From Flavobacteriales bacterium (GTDB lineage Bacteria > Bacteroidota > Bacteroidia > Flavobacteriales_F > PHOS-HE28), in the NCBI GenBank assembly GCA_046306055.1, contig JBKDXR010000024.1, positions 7,073 to 71,072 of the forward strand: 64,000 nt of DNA. Direction: 5' to 3'. This document shows, piece by piece, positions 37,782 to 45,753 of the stretch. A model generated the notes under the pieces. It was not told where the DNA came from, made no database searches, and saw only the letters and a list, made by a program, of their open reading frames with translations. Each line of letters begins with the position of its first letter. Position 1 is the stretch's first letter. The position numbers and the translations under genes are program-made.

Positions 37782-38812
37782 ACCAGCGCCCCGCCGTCCT
37801 GCTGATCTACACTGGTGGCACCATTGGCATGTGGGCCGATCCGCGCACCGGCGCCTTGCAGCCTATGGACCTGGCGCACTTGGAAGAACAGGTACCCGAG
37901 CTGAGCCGGATCGCCGTTGAATTGCACAGCGTGGCCTTCGAGCGCCCCATCGATAGCAGCGACATGCGGCCGGCCGATTGGGTGAGGGTCGCGGGAATCA
38001 TTGGCGACCACTACGATCGGTACGATGGTTTCGTGGTGCTGCACGGCAGCGATACCATGGCCTATACCGCCAGTGCGCTCAGTTTCCTGCTTGAGGGCCT
38101 GACGAAACCAGTGGTCCTCACCGGCTCGCAACTGCCCATCGGCACCATACGCACCGATGCCAAGGAGAACCTGATCACGGCCATCGAGATCGCGGCCGCC
38201 CGGGATGAACAGGGACGGGCCATGGTGCCCGAAGTGGCTGTGTACTTCGAATACCGCCTGATGCGTGGCAACCGCACGGTGAAGGTGCATGCCGAGCGTT
38301 TCGAGGCGTTCCGGTCGCCCAACTGGCCCGTATTGGCCGAGGCCGGGGTACATCTACGGTATGACCGGGCCGCCATTCTTCCACACCGCGCAGGGCCACT
38401 GAAGGTGCACGACCGGCTTGATGACCGGATCGCCGTGATCCGCCTGTTCCCAGGAATTCGGGCCGATTGGATGCGGCACGCCCTTGCACAGCCCGGTCTG
38501 CGTGCGGCGGTGCTCACCACCTTCGGCAGCGGCAACGGGCCCACGGACCCCGGGTTCCTTTCCGCTTTGCGCGAGGCCAGGGACCGCGGCATGGTGTTGC
38601 TGAACGTGACCCAGTGCGTTGGTGGGCGTGTGGAGCAGGGCCGCTATGCCACCAGCCAGGCCTTTGTGGACATGGGCGTGGTGGGCGGAGCGGACATCAC
38701 CGTGGAGGCCGCCGTGGCCAAGACCATGTTCCTGCTGGCCAATACACAGGGAACGGAGCAGCTCATCCAGCGAATGGGGGCACCGATCGCAGGCGAGTTC
38801 ACGTTGGCTTAA
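37778..38812 (+). CDS. ansA: type I L-asparaginase
   Basis: LLIYTGGTIGM and HGSDTMAYTA motifs. ATGA overlap with tatD. Confidence 0.9.
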   Translation: MNQRPAVLLIYTGGTIGMWADPRTGALQPMDLAHLEEQVPELSRIAVELHSVAFERPIDSSDMRPADWVRVAGIIGDHYDRYDGFVVLHGSDTMAYTASALSFLLEGLTKPVVLTGSQLPIGTIRTDAKENLITAIEIAAARDEQGRAMVPEVAVYFEYRLMRGNRTVKVHAERFEAFRSPNWPVLAEAGVHLRYDRAAILPHRAGPLKVHDRLDDRIAVIRLFPGIRADWMRHALAQPGLRAAVLTTFGSGNGPTDPGFLSALREARDRGMVLLNVTQCVGGRVEQGRYATSQAFVDMGVVGGADITVEAAVAKTMFLLANTQGTEQLIQRMGAPIAGEFTLA

Positions 38813-38889
38813 CATGACAACCTTGTCTACCGCTAACTGGTCATCTTCCACCGCTTGCTGTTCCGCCGTGGCACCGTGCATCCTTTTTG

Positions 38890-38896
38890 TAATTTG
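38890..38896 (+). promoter_or_regulatory. putative -7 promoter box (TAATTTG) for tRNA-Ser
   Basis: ttgtaatttggccgc lies 41 nt upstream of the tRNA. The same 14-mer context occurs at 31661-31674. Confidence 0.35.
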
Positions 38897-38936
38897 GCCG
38901 CCCATTACGGGGGAGGTGCCCCCGGAAAACAGATCA

Positions 38937-39028
38937 GGAGAGATGGCCGAGTGGTCGAAGGCGCGCGCCTGGAAAGTGCGTATACCTGTCAAAGGGTATC
39001 GGGGGTTCGAATCCCTCTCTCTCCGCCA
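38937..39028 (+). tRNA. tRNA-Ser (anticodon GGA), CCA encoded
   Basis: Hand-folded. Acceptor GGAGAGA/TCTCTCC, anticodon stem CGCGC/GTGCG with loop CTGGAAA, a long variable arm, T-arm GGGGG-TTCGAAT-CCCTC, discriminator G and CCA. Confidence 0.9.
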
Positions 39029-39147
39029 TTGCACCTACAGCGGCGAAGCACATCTCCAGGAGTGCAAAGCCCCCTCTCTCCGCTATTGAAAAGGACCCAA
39101 CGGAACCAACACCGACAACAACCCTCACTCTGATCAACAACGCTAAC

Positions 39148-39912
39148 ATGGTACGCAAATTCCTGACCCTCTGCATGGCTGGCCTGATGGGCATCAGCCT
39201 GCTCACCACCCCGGTCATGGCACAGGACGCCCCTGCAGCCGCCGAGACCGAAGTCGCTGCCCAATCCGAAGAGGTGGGTGGCCACCAAATGTTCAAGCAG
39301 CGTTTCATCGAGGGTGATCCGATCTGGATGGCCCCCGTGTTGATCTGCATGATCCTGGGCCTCGCCATTGTGATCGAGCGTATCATCTACCTGAACATGG
39401 CCAGCACCAACACGACCAAGTTCCTGTCGAGCGTGGAGGAGGCCCTGAAGAGCGGTGGCATCGATGGTGCCAAGGAAGTATGCCGCAATACCCGCGGTCC
39501 GATCGCTGGGATCTTCTACCAAGGCCTCGACCGCGTGCATGAAGGTGTCGACATGGCCGAGAAGAGCATTGTTGCTTACGGCGGCGTGGAAGTGGGTCGC
39601 CTCGAACGCGGTCTTCCCTGGATCAGCCTGTTCATCGCCCTGGCCCCCATGCTCGGGTTCTTGGGAACCGTAGTGGGTATGATCTTCGCCTTCGACCAGA
39701 TCGCGGCCGCCAACAACATCAGCCCGGCCATCGTGGCCAGCGGTATCAAGGTGGCTCTGCTCACCACGGTGTTCGGTCTTATCGTGGCCATCATCCTGCA
39801 GGTCTTCTATAACTACCTCATGAGCAAGATCGACAGCATCACGGGCCAGATGGAGGAAGCCTCCATCACCCTGGTCGATATGCTCGTGAAGCGGAACCTG
39901 TCGAAGCACTAA
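39148..39912 (+). CDS. exbB: MotA/TolQ/ExbB proton-channel family protein
   Basis: Signal/TM region plus the conserved C-terminal TM pair (LAPMLGFLGTVVGMI). Confidence 0.85.
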   Translation: MVRKFLTLCMAGLMGISLLTTPVMAQDAPAAAETEVAAQSEEVGGHQMFKQRFIEGDPIWMAPVLICMILGLAIVIERIIYLNMASTNTTKFLSSVEEALKSGGIDGAKEVCRNTRGPIAGIFYQGLDRVHEGVDMAEKSIVAYGGVEVGRLERGLPWISLFIALAPMLGFLGTVVGMIFAFDQIAAANNISPAIVASGIKVALLTTVFGLIVAIILQVFYNYLMSKIDSITGQMEEASITLVDMLVKRNLSKH

Positions 39913-39916
39913 GTCC

Positions 39917-40306
39917 ATGGGACACAAGACCTCCCCCCTCGGCCGTATCGCCATGTGGGCGATCGGGCTCCTCGGCACCCTGTTCGTGGTCATGATCTTC
40001 ATGGGCAAGGACTGGGGAATCGATGCCGGGCTCTACATCACCTATCTGGCATTCGGCATAGCAACCGTTGCCACCTTGGGTTTCTCCCTAACGGGCTTGA
40101 CCAAGCAGTCCATGATCGGTATTGGCGCTTTCGTTGCTCTGCTGGTCATTGCTTATGCCATTTCCGATGGCTCGGTGCGTCCGGAATGGAACATCAGCGA
40201 GGGCACCTCCAAATGGATCGGGGCAGGACTTATCCTGTTCTACGTTTCCATGCTGGGTGCCATCGGTGCCATCCTGTACGGCGAGATCACCCGGATGCTG
40301 AAATAG
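39917..40306 (+). CDS. hypothetical 4-TM membrane protein in the exb cluster
   Basis: 129-aa hydrophobic ORF between exbB and exbD. Confidence 0.6.
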   Translation: MGHKTSPLGRIAMWAIGLLGTLFVVMIFMGKDWGIDAGLYITYLAFGIATVATLGFSLTGLTKQSMIGIGAFVALLVIAYAISDGSVRPEWNISEGTSKWIGAGLILFYVSMLGAIGAILYGEITRMLK

Positions 40307-40312
40307 TCCGCC

Positions 40313-41047
40313 ATGCTCAAGAAGCGCAAGAAGGAAGGCCCCGGCGAGATCAATGCCGGCTCCATGGCCGACATCGCATTCCTGCTGCTCATCTTCTTCC
40401 TGGTGACCACCACCATGGATACGGATTCGGGCATTATGCGCCTGCTTCCGCCGGTGGTCGTTGAGGACGTGAAGATGGACGTGAACAAGCGTGATGTGTA
40501 CGAAGTGCTCATCAACGACGCGGACATGCTGCTCGTGGAAGGTACTATGATGGACATCAAGGAACTTCGGGCCGGTGCCAAGGAGTTCATGACCAACCCG
40601 TCCAACAACATCGACCTGCCCGAGAAGCGCCGTATGACCAGCGCCGAGTGCCAGCAGAAGATCGCGGAGTACCGCTCCGGCGTGGCCTCCACCAGTGATC
40701 CCAAGCTGAAGGATGACTACCAGAAGCTCATGGAAAAGTGGGAGGACCGTTTGAGCGCCGTGCGCCTGCTCGGCGAGTACAACGAACTTCCGCCCAATGC
40801 CGTGATCTCGCTGCAGACCGGCTCCAAGACGAGCTACGACATGTACGTGAAAGTGCAGAACGAACTGGAGGCAGGCATCCGCGAATTACGCGATGAACTG
40901 TGCAAGGAGAAGTTCGGTCGCAAGTTCACCGAGCTCGATGACAAGGTGGACGACGACAAGGCGATCATCAAGGCCATCCGCCTGGTGTTCCCCCAGCGTA
41001 TCTCGGAAGCCGAACCAGTGGATGTGACCAAGAAAAATCCTGCCTGA
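40313..41047 (+). CDS. exbD: ExbD/TolR-family biopolymer transport protein (long form)
   Basis: N-terminal INAGSMADIAFLLLIFFLVTTT anchor motif. Confidence 0.8.
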   Translation: MLKKRKKEGPGEINAGSMADIAFLLLIFFLVTTTMDTDSGIMRLLPPVVVEDVKMDVNKRDVYEVLINDADMLLVEGTMMDIKELRAGAKEFMTNPSNNIDLPEKRRMTSAECQQKIAEYRSGVASTSDPKLKDDYQKLMEKWEDRLSAVRLLGEYNELPPNAVISLQTGSKTSYDMYVKVQNELEAGIRELRDELCKEKFGRKFTELDDKVDDDKAIIKAIRLVFPQRISEAEPVDVTKKNPA

Positions 41048-41050
41048 ACC

Positions 41051-41506
41051 ATGTCCCGTTTCAAGGATAAAGGATCCAAGTCGGTACCTGCCATCAGCAC
41101 GGCCTCGCTCCCGGATATCATCTTCATGCTCCTGTTCTTCTTCATGGTGACCACCGTGATGCGCGAAACGGACCTGAAGGTGAAGATCACCCTGCCTGAA
41201 GCAACGGAGGTGACCAAGCTGGAGGACAAGGCCTTGGTGGACTACGTGTACATAGGCCCCCCCACCAGTCAAGCGCTCGGCACAGAGCCCCTGATCCAAC
41301 TGAACGACCAGTACGCCAAGTTGGAAGAGTTGGACGCTTGGGTGAAGGCCGGCAACGAACGCCGCGACGAAGTGCTGCAACAGAAGATCACACGCTCGCT
41401 GAAGGTGGACAAGGAGACGAACATGAAGATCGTCACCGATGTGAAACAGGAGCTGCGCAAGTCCAACGCCCTGAAGATCAACTACAGCACGGGCCGGGGT
41501 CGCTGA
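41051..41506 (+). CDS. exbD: ExbD/TolR-family biopolymer transport protein
   Basis: ISTASLPDIIFMLLFFFMVTT anchor motif. 151 aa. Confidence 0.85.
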   Translation: MSRFKDKGSKSVPAISTASLPDIIFMLLFFFMVTTVMRETDLKVKITLPEATEVTKLEDKALVDYVYIGPPTSQALGTEPLIQLNDQYAKLEELDAWVKAGNERRDEVLQQKITRSLKVDKETNMKIVTDVKQELRKSNALKINYSTGRGR

Positions 41507-41528
41507 TCCCGGAACGAACGACCCTATC

Positions 41529-41560
41529 GAACGGCCGCCCTTGGGCGGCCGTTCGTCGTT
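41529..41560 (+). terminator. rho-independent-like terminator after the exb cluster
   Basis: 11-bp stem gaacggccgcc / ggcggccgttc, followed by gtcgttct. Confidence 0.55.
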
Positions 41561-41586
41561 CTAAAGGACCGGCCATGGACCTCCCG

Positions 41587-41594
41587 TACCTTTG
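41587..41594 (+). promoter_or_regulatory. putative -7 promoter box (TACCTTTG) for dusB
   Basis: Exact TAnnTTTG match 14 nt upstream of ATG 41609. Confidence 0.45.
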
Positions 41595-41608
41595 CCAGCC
41601 TTTTGAGC

Positions 41609-42601
41609 ATGCCCCGTATCGGTCCCATAGAGCTGCCGGAGTTCCCGTTGTTGCTGGCCCCCATGGAGGATGTCAGCGACCCGCCGTTCCGCATGCTGTG
41701 CAAGCAGCACGGTGCCGACCTGATGTACACCGAGTTCATCAGCAGCGAAGGCCTCATCCGCAAGGCCGCCAAGGGGATGAAGAAGCTCGACATCTTCGAG
41801 GCCGAACGCCCTATCGGCATCCAGCTCTTCGGGGGTAGCGAGGACGCCATGGAAGAGGCCGCGCGTATTGCCGAGGCCGCCGGTCCCGATCTCATCGACA
41901 TCAACTACGGCTGCCCCGTGCACAAGGTGGTGAGCAAGGGCGCCGGCGCCTGCCTGCTGCTCGATGTGGACAAGATGGTGCGCCTCACCGAAAAGGTGGT
42001 AAAGGCCGTGAAGCTGCCCGTGACCGTGAAGACACGCCTGGGCTGGGACGACAAGAGCAAGAACATCATCGAGGTGGCCGAGCGGTTGCAGGACGTGGGC
42101 ATTGCCGCACTGAGCATCCACGGTCGCACACGTGCCCAGCTCTACAAGGGCCCGGCCGACTGGACGCTGATCGGCGCCGTGAAGAACAACCCGCGCATGC
42201 ACATCCCTATCTTCGGCAATGGAGATGTGGACACGCCGGAGAAGGCCGTGGAGAACCGCGCCCGCTACGGCGTGGACGGCGTGATGATCGGCCGCGCGAG
42301 CATCGGCCATCCGTGGATCTTCAATGAGATCAAGCATTACATGGCCACTGGCACGCACCGCACGCCACCCACCGTGGCCGACCGGGTGGAGGCCGCGCGC
42401 CAGCACCTGCGCAGTTCACTGGCCTGGAAGGGATCGTGGGAGGGCGTGGTGGAGATGCGCCGCCACTACGGAAACTACCTCAAGGGCCTGCCCAACGTGA
42501 AGGAGGTGCGCCTGCGCCTGTGCACCGAGCGCGAACCGGCGAACATCGAAGCGATCCTGGACGAGGTGAAGGCGATCTACGCGGAGGTGGATGCCGCATG
42601 A
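41609..42601 (+). CDS. dusB: tRNA-dihydrouridine synthase
   Basis: LLAPMEDVSDPPFR and NYGCP motifs. The ORF track start 41603 is TTG; the ATG is at 41609. Confidence 0.9.
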   Translation: MPRIGPIELPEFPLLLAPMEDVSDPPFRMLCKQHGADLMYTEFISSEGLIRKAAKGMKKLDIFEAERPIGIQLFGGSEDAMEEAARIAEAAGPDLIDINYGCPVHKVVSKGAGACLLLDVDKMVRLTEKVVKAVKLPVTVKTRLGWDDKSKNIIEVAERLQDVGIAALSIHGRTRAQLYKGPADWTLIGAVKNNPRMHIPIFGNGDVDTPEKAVENRARYGVDGVMIGRASIGHPWIFNEIKHYMATGTHRTPPTVADRVEAARQHLRSSLAWKGSWEGVVEMRRHYGNYLKGLPNVKEVRLRLCTEREPANIEAILDEVKAIYAEVDAA

Positions 42602-43806
42602 AGGAACCGCCGGCTGAGCGCCCGCAGCGGCACCCGGGTGGCCAGGAGTCCAATGGCCAGCACCGTGGCCACCACCACCAAGAGGTCCGTCCAAAGCACC
42701 TTCACCGGGAAGGCCTCCACCATGGTGCCCTCCATGGGGACCAGCCCGAAGCGCTGCTGGGCCCAGCAGATGCCGCCTCCAACCACCAGGCCGGCCACGA
42801 TGCCCACGACCACGATCAGCAGGCCCTCGTAGAGGAAGATGCGGCGCACCAGTTGCCCGCCCGCGCCCATGCCCATCAGCGTGCGCATGTCCTGCTTCTT
42901 CTCGATCATCATCATGGTGAGCGAGGCGATGATGTTGAAGGCGCCGATGAGCCCGATGAAGGTGAGCAACAGGTAGGTGATGCGCTTCTCGGTGGCGTTG
43001 GTGCGGTACATCAGGGCGTTCTTCTGGTAGCGGGTGCGTACCAGTAGTTCGGGGCCAAGGCGCTGTTGCAGTGCGGTGGCCATGCGGTCCAGGTCCGTGC
43101 CGGGTGCCAGTTGCAGTTCCAATGCGCTCACCGCACCGCGGTAGTGCAGCAGTGAATCGGCGAGGTCGATCGGCACCAGGGCGTACTTGGAATCGAACTC
43201 CATGTTGAGGCTGAAGCTCCCGGCGACGGCCACCGCCGTGTGCTCGAAGGCCTGCTGCCGGTCGCGGCTCAGCTTGCGGCCACGCACGGGCGCGCTGATC
43301 TCCAGTGGTTCCAACACGCCATCGTCAAGTGGCACGTCCAGCTCCACCTTCAGCCCGATGCCCAGGATCGCGGCCGGTCCGCTGCGGCCTTCCAGCTCCG
43401 CTTTGCCCGTGTATAGGTGGGTCGCCATGTCGCTCATGGCCAGGTATTGCGGTTCCACGCCTTTCAGGGTGGCCACGGCCTGCTGGTCGCCGCATTGCAG
43501 CAGCACGTTCTCCTCGATGGTCCAGCTGCCGTTATGCACGGCGGGCAGGGCCAGGATGCTGTCCAACGGAACGGCGCTGCGCTCGAAGGTCTTGCCCTCG
43601 GCGGCCGTGATGGTGATGTCCTGGTCGAAGGGGCTGTAGAGCTTGTCGACCAGGTCATTGATCCCGTTCATCGCGCTCAGCACCACCACCATGGCGGCCG
43701 TCACCACGGCGATCACCACGATGCTGATCAAGGTGATCAGGTTGATGGCGTTGGTGGACCGCTTGGCCAGCAGGTAGCGCCGGGCGAAGAGGAGGGGGAG
43801 GTTCAC
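42577..43806 (-). CDS. FtsX-family ABC transporter permease (LolC/LolE-like lipoprotein-release type), GTG start
   Basis: 409 aa with N-terminus NLPLLFARRYLLAKRSTNAINLI, a MacB-like periplasmic domain and a C-terminal FtsX 3-TM bundle. The start codon is GTG (cac at 43804-43806). Confidence 0.85.
   Translation of the reverse strand: MNLPLLFARRYLLAKRSTNAINLITLISIVVIAVVTAAMVVVLSAMNGINDLVDKLYSPFDQDITITAAEGKTFERSAVPLDSILALPAVHNGSWTIEENVLLQCGDQQAVATLKGVEPQYLAMSDMATHLYTGKAELEGRSGPAAILGIGLKVELDVPLDDGVLEPLEISAPVRGRKLSRDRQQAFEHTAVAVAGSFSLNMEFDSKYALVPIDLADSLLHYRGAVSALELQLAPGTDLDRMATALQQRLGPELLVRTRYQKNALMYRTNATEKRITYLLLTFIGLIGAFNIIASLTMMMIEKKQDMRTLMGMGAGGQLVRRIFLYEGLLIVVVGIVAGLVVGGGICWAQQRFGLVPMEGTMVEAFPVKVLWTDLLVVVATVLAIGLLATRVPLRALSRRFLHAASTSA
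43744..43805. repeat. direct repeat copy A (62 bp), the 5' end of the functional lolE-like gene
   Basis: 61/62 identical to 44349..44410. The offset is 605 bp. Confidence 0.9.
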
Positions 43807-43832
43807 GCGTTCAGGGTCTCACTGGTTATCGG

Positions 43833-44090
43833 TCACCTGTAGGCGTCCTTTCGGTCCGCGATCCGCTCCACACGCACTACCCGGATGTGATCGTTCACGG
43901 AATAGATCACCCGGTAATTGCCGAACCGGATGCGCCAAAGGTCCGCATGACCGGCCAGCTTCTCGCAACCAGCAGGTCGGGGTGTTGTCGACAGTTCGCC
44001 AACTCCCTCAGCGATGCGTAAGGCTACGAGGGGCGGCAGCTTGCGTATTTCGCGGGCCGCGCTGCGGGTCCACTCGATCTGGTAGCTCAC
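43833..44090 (-). CDS. relE: type II toxin-antitoxin system RelE/ParE-family toxin
   Basis: 85 aa with the pattern WRIRFGNYRVIYSV...V.V..IADRKDAY typical of ParE_toxin/RelE. The GTG start overlaps the antitoxin stop (GTGA). Confidence 0.85.
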   Translation of the reverse strand: MSYQIEWTRSAAREIRKLPPLVALRIAEGVGELSTTPRPAGCEKLAGHADLWRIRFGNYRVIYSVNDHIRVVRVERIADRKDAYR

Positions 44091-44299
44091 TTGCGACCAG
44101 CGCGTTTCCTCAGTGAACGGACCACGGCATCATGGCTCACGGTGGGTTCCGACCGACGACCTTCTGCGATCAGGCCATCCAGAAAGTCCTCAACGGCATC
44201 GGGTTCCTTCACCAAGGTGGCCAGGTCGATCTGCACATAACGGCGCTGCTCGGTTTCATCGGTCAGCAGCTTCACACCCTTGAGCTTGTTGCGTGCCAT
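44087..44299 (-). CDS. putative cognate antitoxin (70 aa)
   Basis: Small ORF directly upstream of, and overlapping, the toxin. An exact TATCTTTG -7 box lies 7 nt upstream of its ATG. Family not recognised. Confidence 0.6.
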   Translation of the reverse strand: MARNKLKGVKLLTDETEQRRYVQIDLATLVKEPDAVEDFLDGLIAEGRRSEPTVSHDAVVRSLRKRAGRK

Positions 44300-44306
44300 G
44301 GTCTTC

Positions 44307-44314
44307 CAAAGATA
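44307..44314 (-). promoter_or_regulatory. putative -7 promoter box (TATCTTTG) of the toxin-antitoxin cassette
   Basis: The minus strand reads cctatctttggaagacc-ATG. Exact TAnnTTTG match. Confidence 0.5.
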
Positions 44315-44348
44315 GGAGCGCTTCGAGCATTGCTGCCCCGATCGGGTG

Positions 44349-44411
44349 GATGGCGTTGGTGGACCGCTTGGCCAGCAGGTAGCGCCGGGCGAAGAGGAGC
44401 GGGAGGTTCAT
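44349..44411 (-). pseudogene. duplicated 5' fragment of the lolE-like gene (direct repeat copy B; ATG plus first 20 codons retained)
   Basis: ATG at 44411-44409, followed by codons identical to MNLPLLFARRYLLAKRSTNA of the downstream gene. The reading frame then diverges and stops at 44256, overlapping the antitoxin start out of frame. Confidence 0.8.
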
Positions 44412-44414
44412 CGC

Positions 44415-44454
44415 TTCATGTGCTTATAGGCACCTGTGCACATGAGCACATGGC
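44415..44454 (-). repeat. tandem degenerate octamer array (NNCANNTG x5) immediately upstream of the original lolE ATG
   Basis: The minus strand reads gccatgtg ctcatgtg cacaggtg cctataag cacatgaa. The first 17 nt are identical to 45754..45770 on the plus strand. Confidence 0.7.
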
Positions 44455-45263
44455 TACTTCCACGCCTTCACGATCAACCCCGTCCCCGTGGGGTGCTTCA
44501 TGCGCACATCCGCCATGTTCAGCACGAAGGCGATGGGGTAGGCGAGCAGGTAGTACACCGGCAGCACCACGAAGAAGAGCTTGCTTGCGTTCAGCATCAG
44601 CAGCGGCCACTTCATGCTGAGCTTCCAGCTGATCTTGCCGGGATCGCCGTAGCTGTAGCGGGCCTCCACCTTGCTGAAGCCGTTGCGCAGGCACTTGGCG
44701 CGGATGTCGTCGATGTTGTATCCGTCGCGGACGTGCTCCTCGATGAAGGAGCCTTCGCCTTCCTCGTGTACATCGCTGCCGCCCTGGTCGCTGGGGGTGC
44801 TGATGATAAGCATGCCGCCCGGTTTCAGGCTGGTGCTGTAGCAGCGCAGCGCGGCTTCGTCCTCCAGGATGTGCTCCATCACGTCCACGCATACCACCAG
44901 CTCAAAGGCCTCGGCCCGCTGGAATCTCGTCACATCGCCCACCTCGAACTTCACCTGCGGGCGACCGATACGTTTGAAAAAGGCGTTGCAGTCCGCCACC
45001 TGTTCGTCCTTCACATCGATGGCGGTGATGTTCCATTTTGGCGACAGGCCGCTGAGCCAGTAGGTATACTGTCCGAAGCCCGCACCCGCATCATAAATGG
45101 CCAGTCCGCGTTCGCGTTTGTCGGCCGCCCAGTTGCGCAGCTCGCGCTGGATGTGCCACGCGCGCAGCAACAGCAGGTCCAGCAGGTGGTAGAAGAACTT
45201 GCGGAGGAAAGGCGTGCTGTTGAACACTACCCCCAATCGGCGCTTGACGGGATCGTACTGCAT
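44454..45263 (-). CDS. class I SAM-dependent methyltransferase with a C-terminal membrane segment
   Basis: SAM motif I (IYDAGAGFGQY) and a hydrophobic C-terminus. ATG 45263 was preferred to TTG 45308. Confidence 0.75.
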   Translation of the reverse strand: MQYDPVKRRLGVVFNSTPFLRKFFYHLLDLLLLRAWHIQRELRNWAADKRERGLAIYDAGAGFGQYTYWLSGLSPKWNITAIDVKDEQVADCNAFFKRIGRPQVKFEVGDVTRFQRAEAFELVVCVDVMEHILEDEAALRCYSTSLKPGGMLIISTPSDQGGSDVHEEGEGSFIEEHVRDGYNIDDIRAKCLRNGFSKVEARYSYGDPGKISWKLSMKWPLLMLNASKLFFVVLPVYYLLAYPIAFVLNMADVRMKHPTGTGLIVKAWK

Positions 45264-45284
45264 GGTGGGTCCGGTCGAAAGTGT

Positions 45285-45319
45285 CAAGTAACAAGTGTCA
45301 AGGAGCAAGGAACAGGACG
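45285..45319. repeat. tandem degenerate heptamer array (CAAGNNN x5)
   Basis: caagtaa caagtgt caaggag caaggaa caggacg. It mirrors 45342..45376. Confidence 0.7.
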
Positions 45320-45341
45320 CCGCGGATGTACAGGGTTGGCA

Positions 45342-45376
45342 CTTGACACTTGTCCCTTGTGACTTGTCACTTCTTC
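45342..45376. repeat. tandem degenerate heptamer array (CTTGNNN x5), inverted partner of 45285..45319
   Basis: cttgaca cttgtcc cttgtga cttgtca cttcttc. The 12-nt exact inverted match is acaagtgtcaag (45290-45301) / cttgacacttgt (45342-45353). The array overlaps the rbfA stop. Confidence 0.7.
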
Positions 45377-45705
45377 AGCAGTTTGTCTATTTCCTCGGCG
45401 CGGTCCAGCGAATCGTCCACATAGAACAGCAGTTCGGGCACCACGCGCATCTGTTTGCCAATGCGCAGCCCCAGCAGTCCGCGCAAGCGGTGCGAGTGCT
45501 CCTTGATGTGGCCGATCGCGGCTTTTTTGTCCTTCACGGGGAAGAGGCTGAGGAACACCTTCGCCAGTCCGAGGTCGGGGCTTACGCGCACGGCTGAAAC
45601 GGTGATGAGGCCGCCGGGCAGCAGTGTGCGGGCCTCCTGTTGGAAAATCACCGCCAGCTCCCGCTGCAGCAGGCTGTTCACCTTGTTCTGTCTTACACTG
45701 TCCAT
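45367..45705 (-). CDS. rbfA: ribosome-binding factor A
   Basis: MDSVRQNKVNSLLQRELAVIF N-terminus and 112-aa size. A TACCTTCG box lies 7 nt upstream of ATG 45705. Confidence 0.9.
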   Translation of the reverse strand: MDSVRQNKVNSLLQRELAVIFQQEARTLLPGGLITVSAVRVSPDLGLAKVFLSLFPVKDKKAAIGHIKEHSHRLRGLLGLRIGKQMRVVPELLFYVDDSLDRAEEIDKLLKK

Positions 45706-45712
45706 GGAAGCG

Positions 45713-45720
45713 CGAAGGTA
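45713..45720 (-). promoter_or_regulatory. putative -7 promoter box (TACCTTCG) for rbfA (near-leaderless)
   Basis: The minus strand reads cctaccttcgcgcttcc-ATG. Confidence 0.4.
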
Positions 45721-45753
45721 GGGGAGGGTGGGCATCTGCACTGTGCCTGGGTT

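Noticed and set aside
38937-39147. A genomic island integrated at tRNA-Ser.
   Set aside because: The genes downstream of the tRNA are the conserved exbB-exbD cluster with host-like composition, and there is no integrase. Only the short 3'-end echo remains; it is reported separately at low interest.
42577-42601. Convergent gene-end overlaps (dusB/lolE-like 25 nt; acyltransferase/PBP1A 17 nt at 51627..51643; bcp/propeller 16 nt; nadD/udk 7 nt; amidohydrolase/trpS 7 nt) as possible antisense regulation.
   Set aside because: Such 3'-3' overlaps are common in compact high-GC genomes, and no additional structure or motif was seen. They are noted but not considered informative without transcript data.
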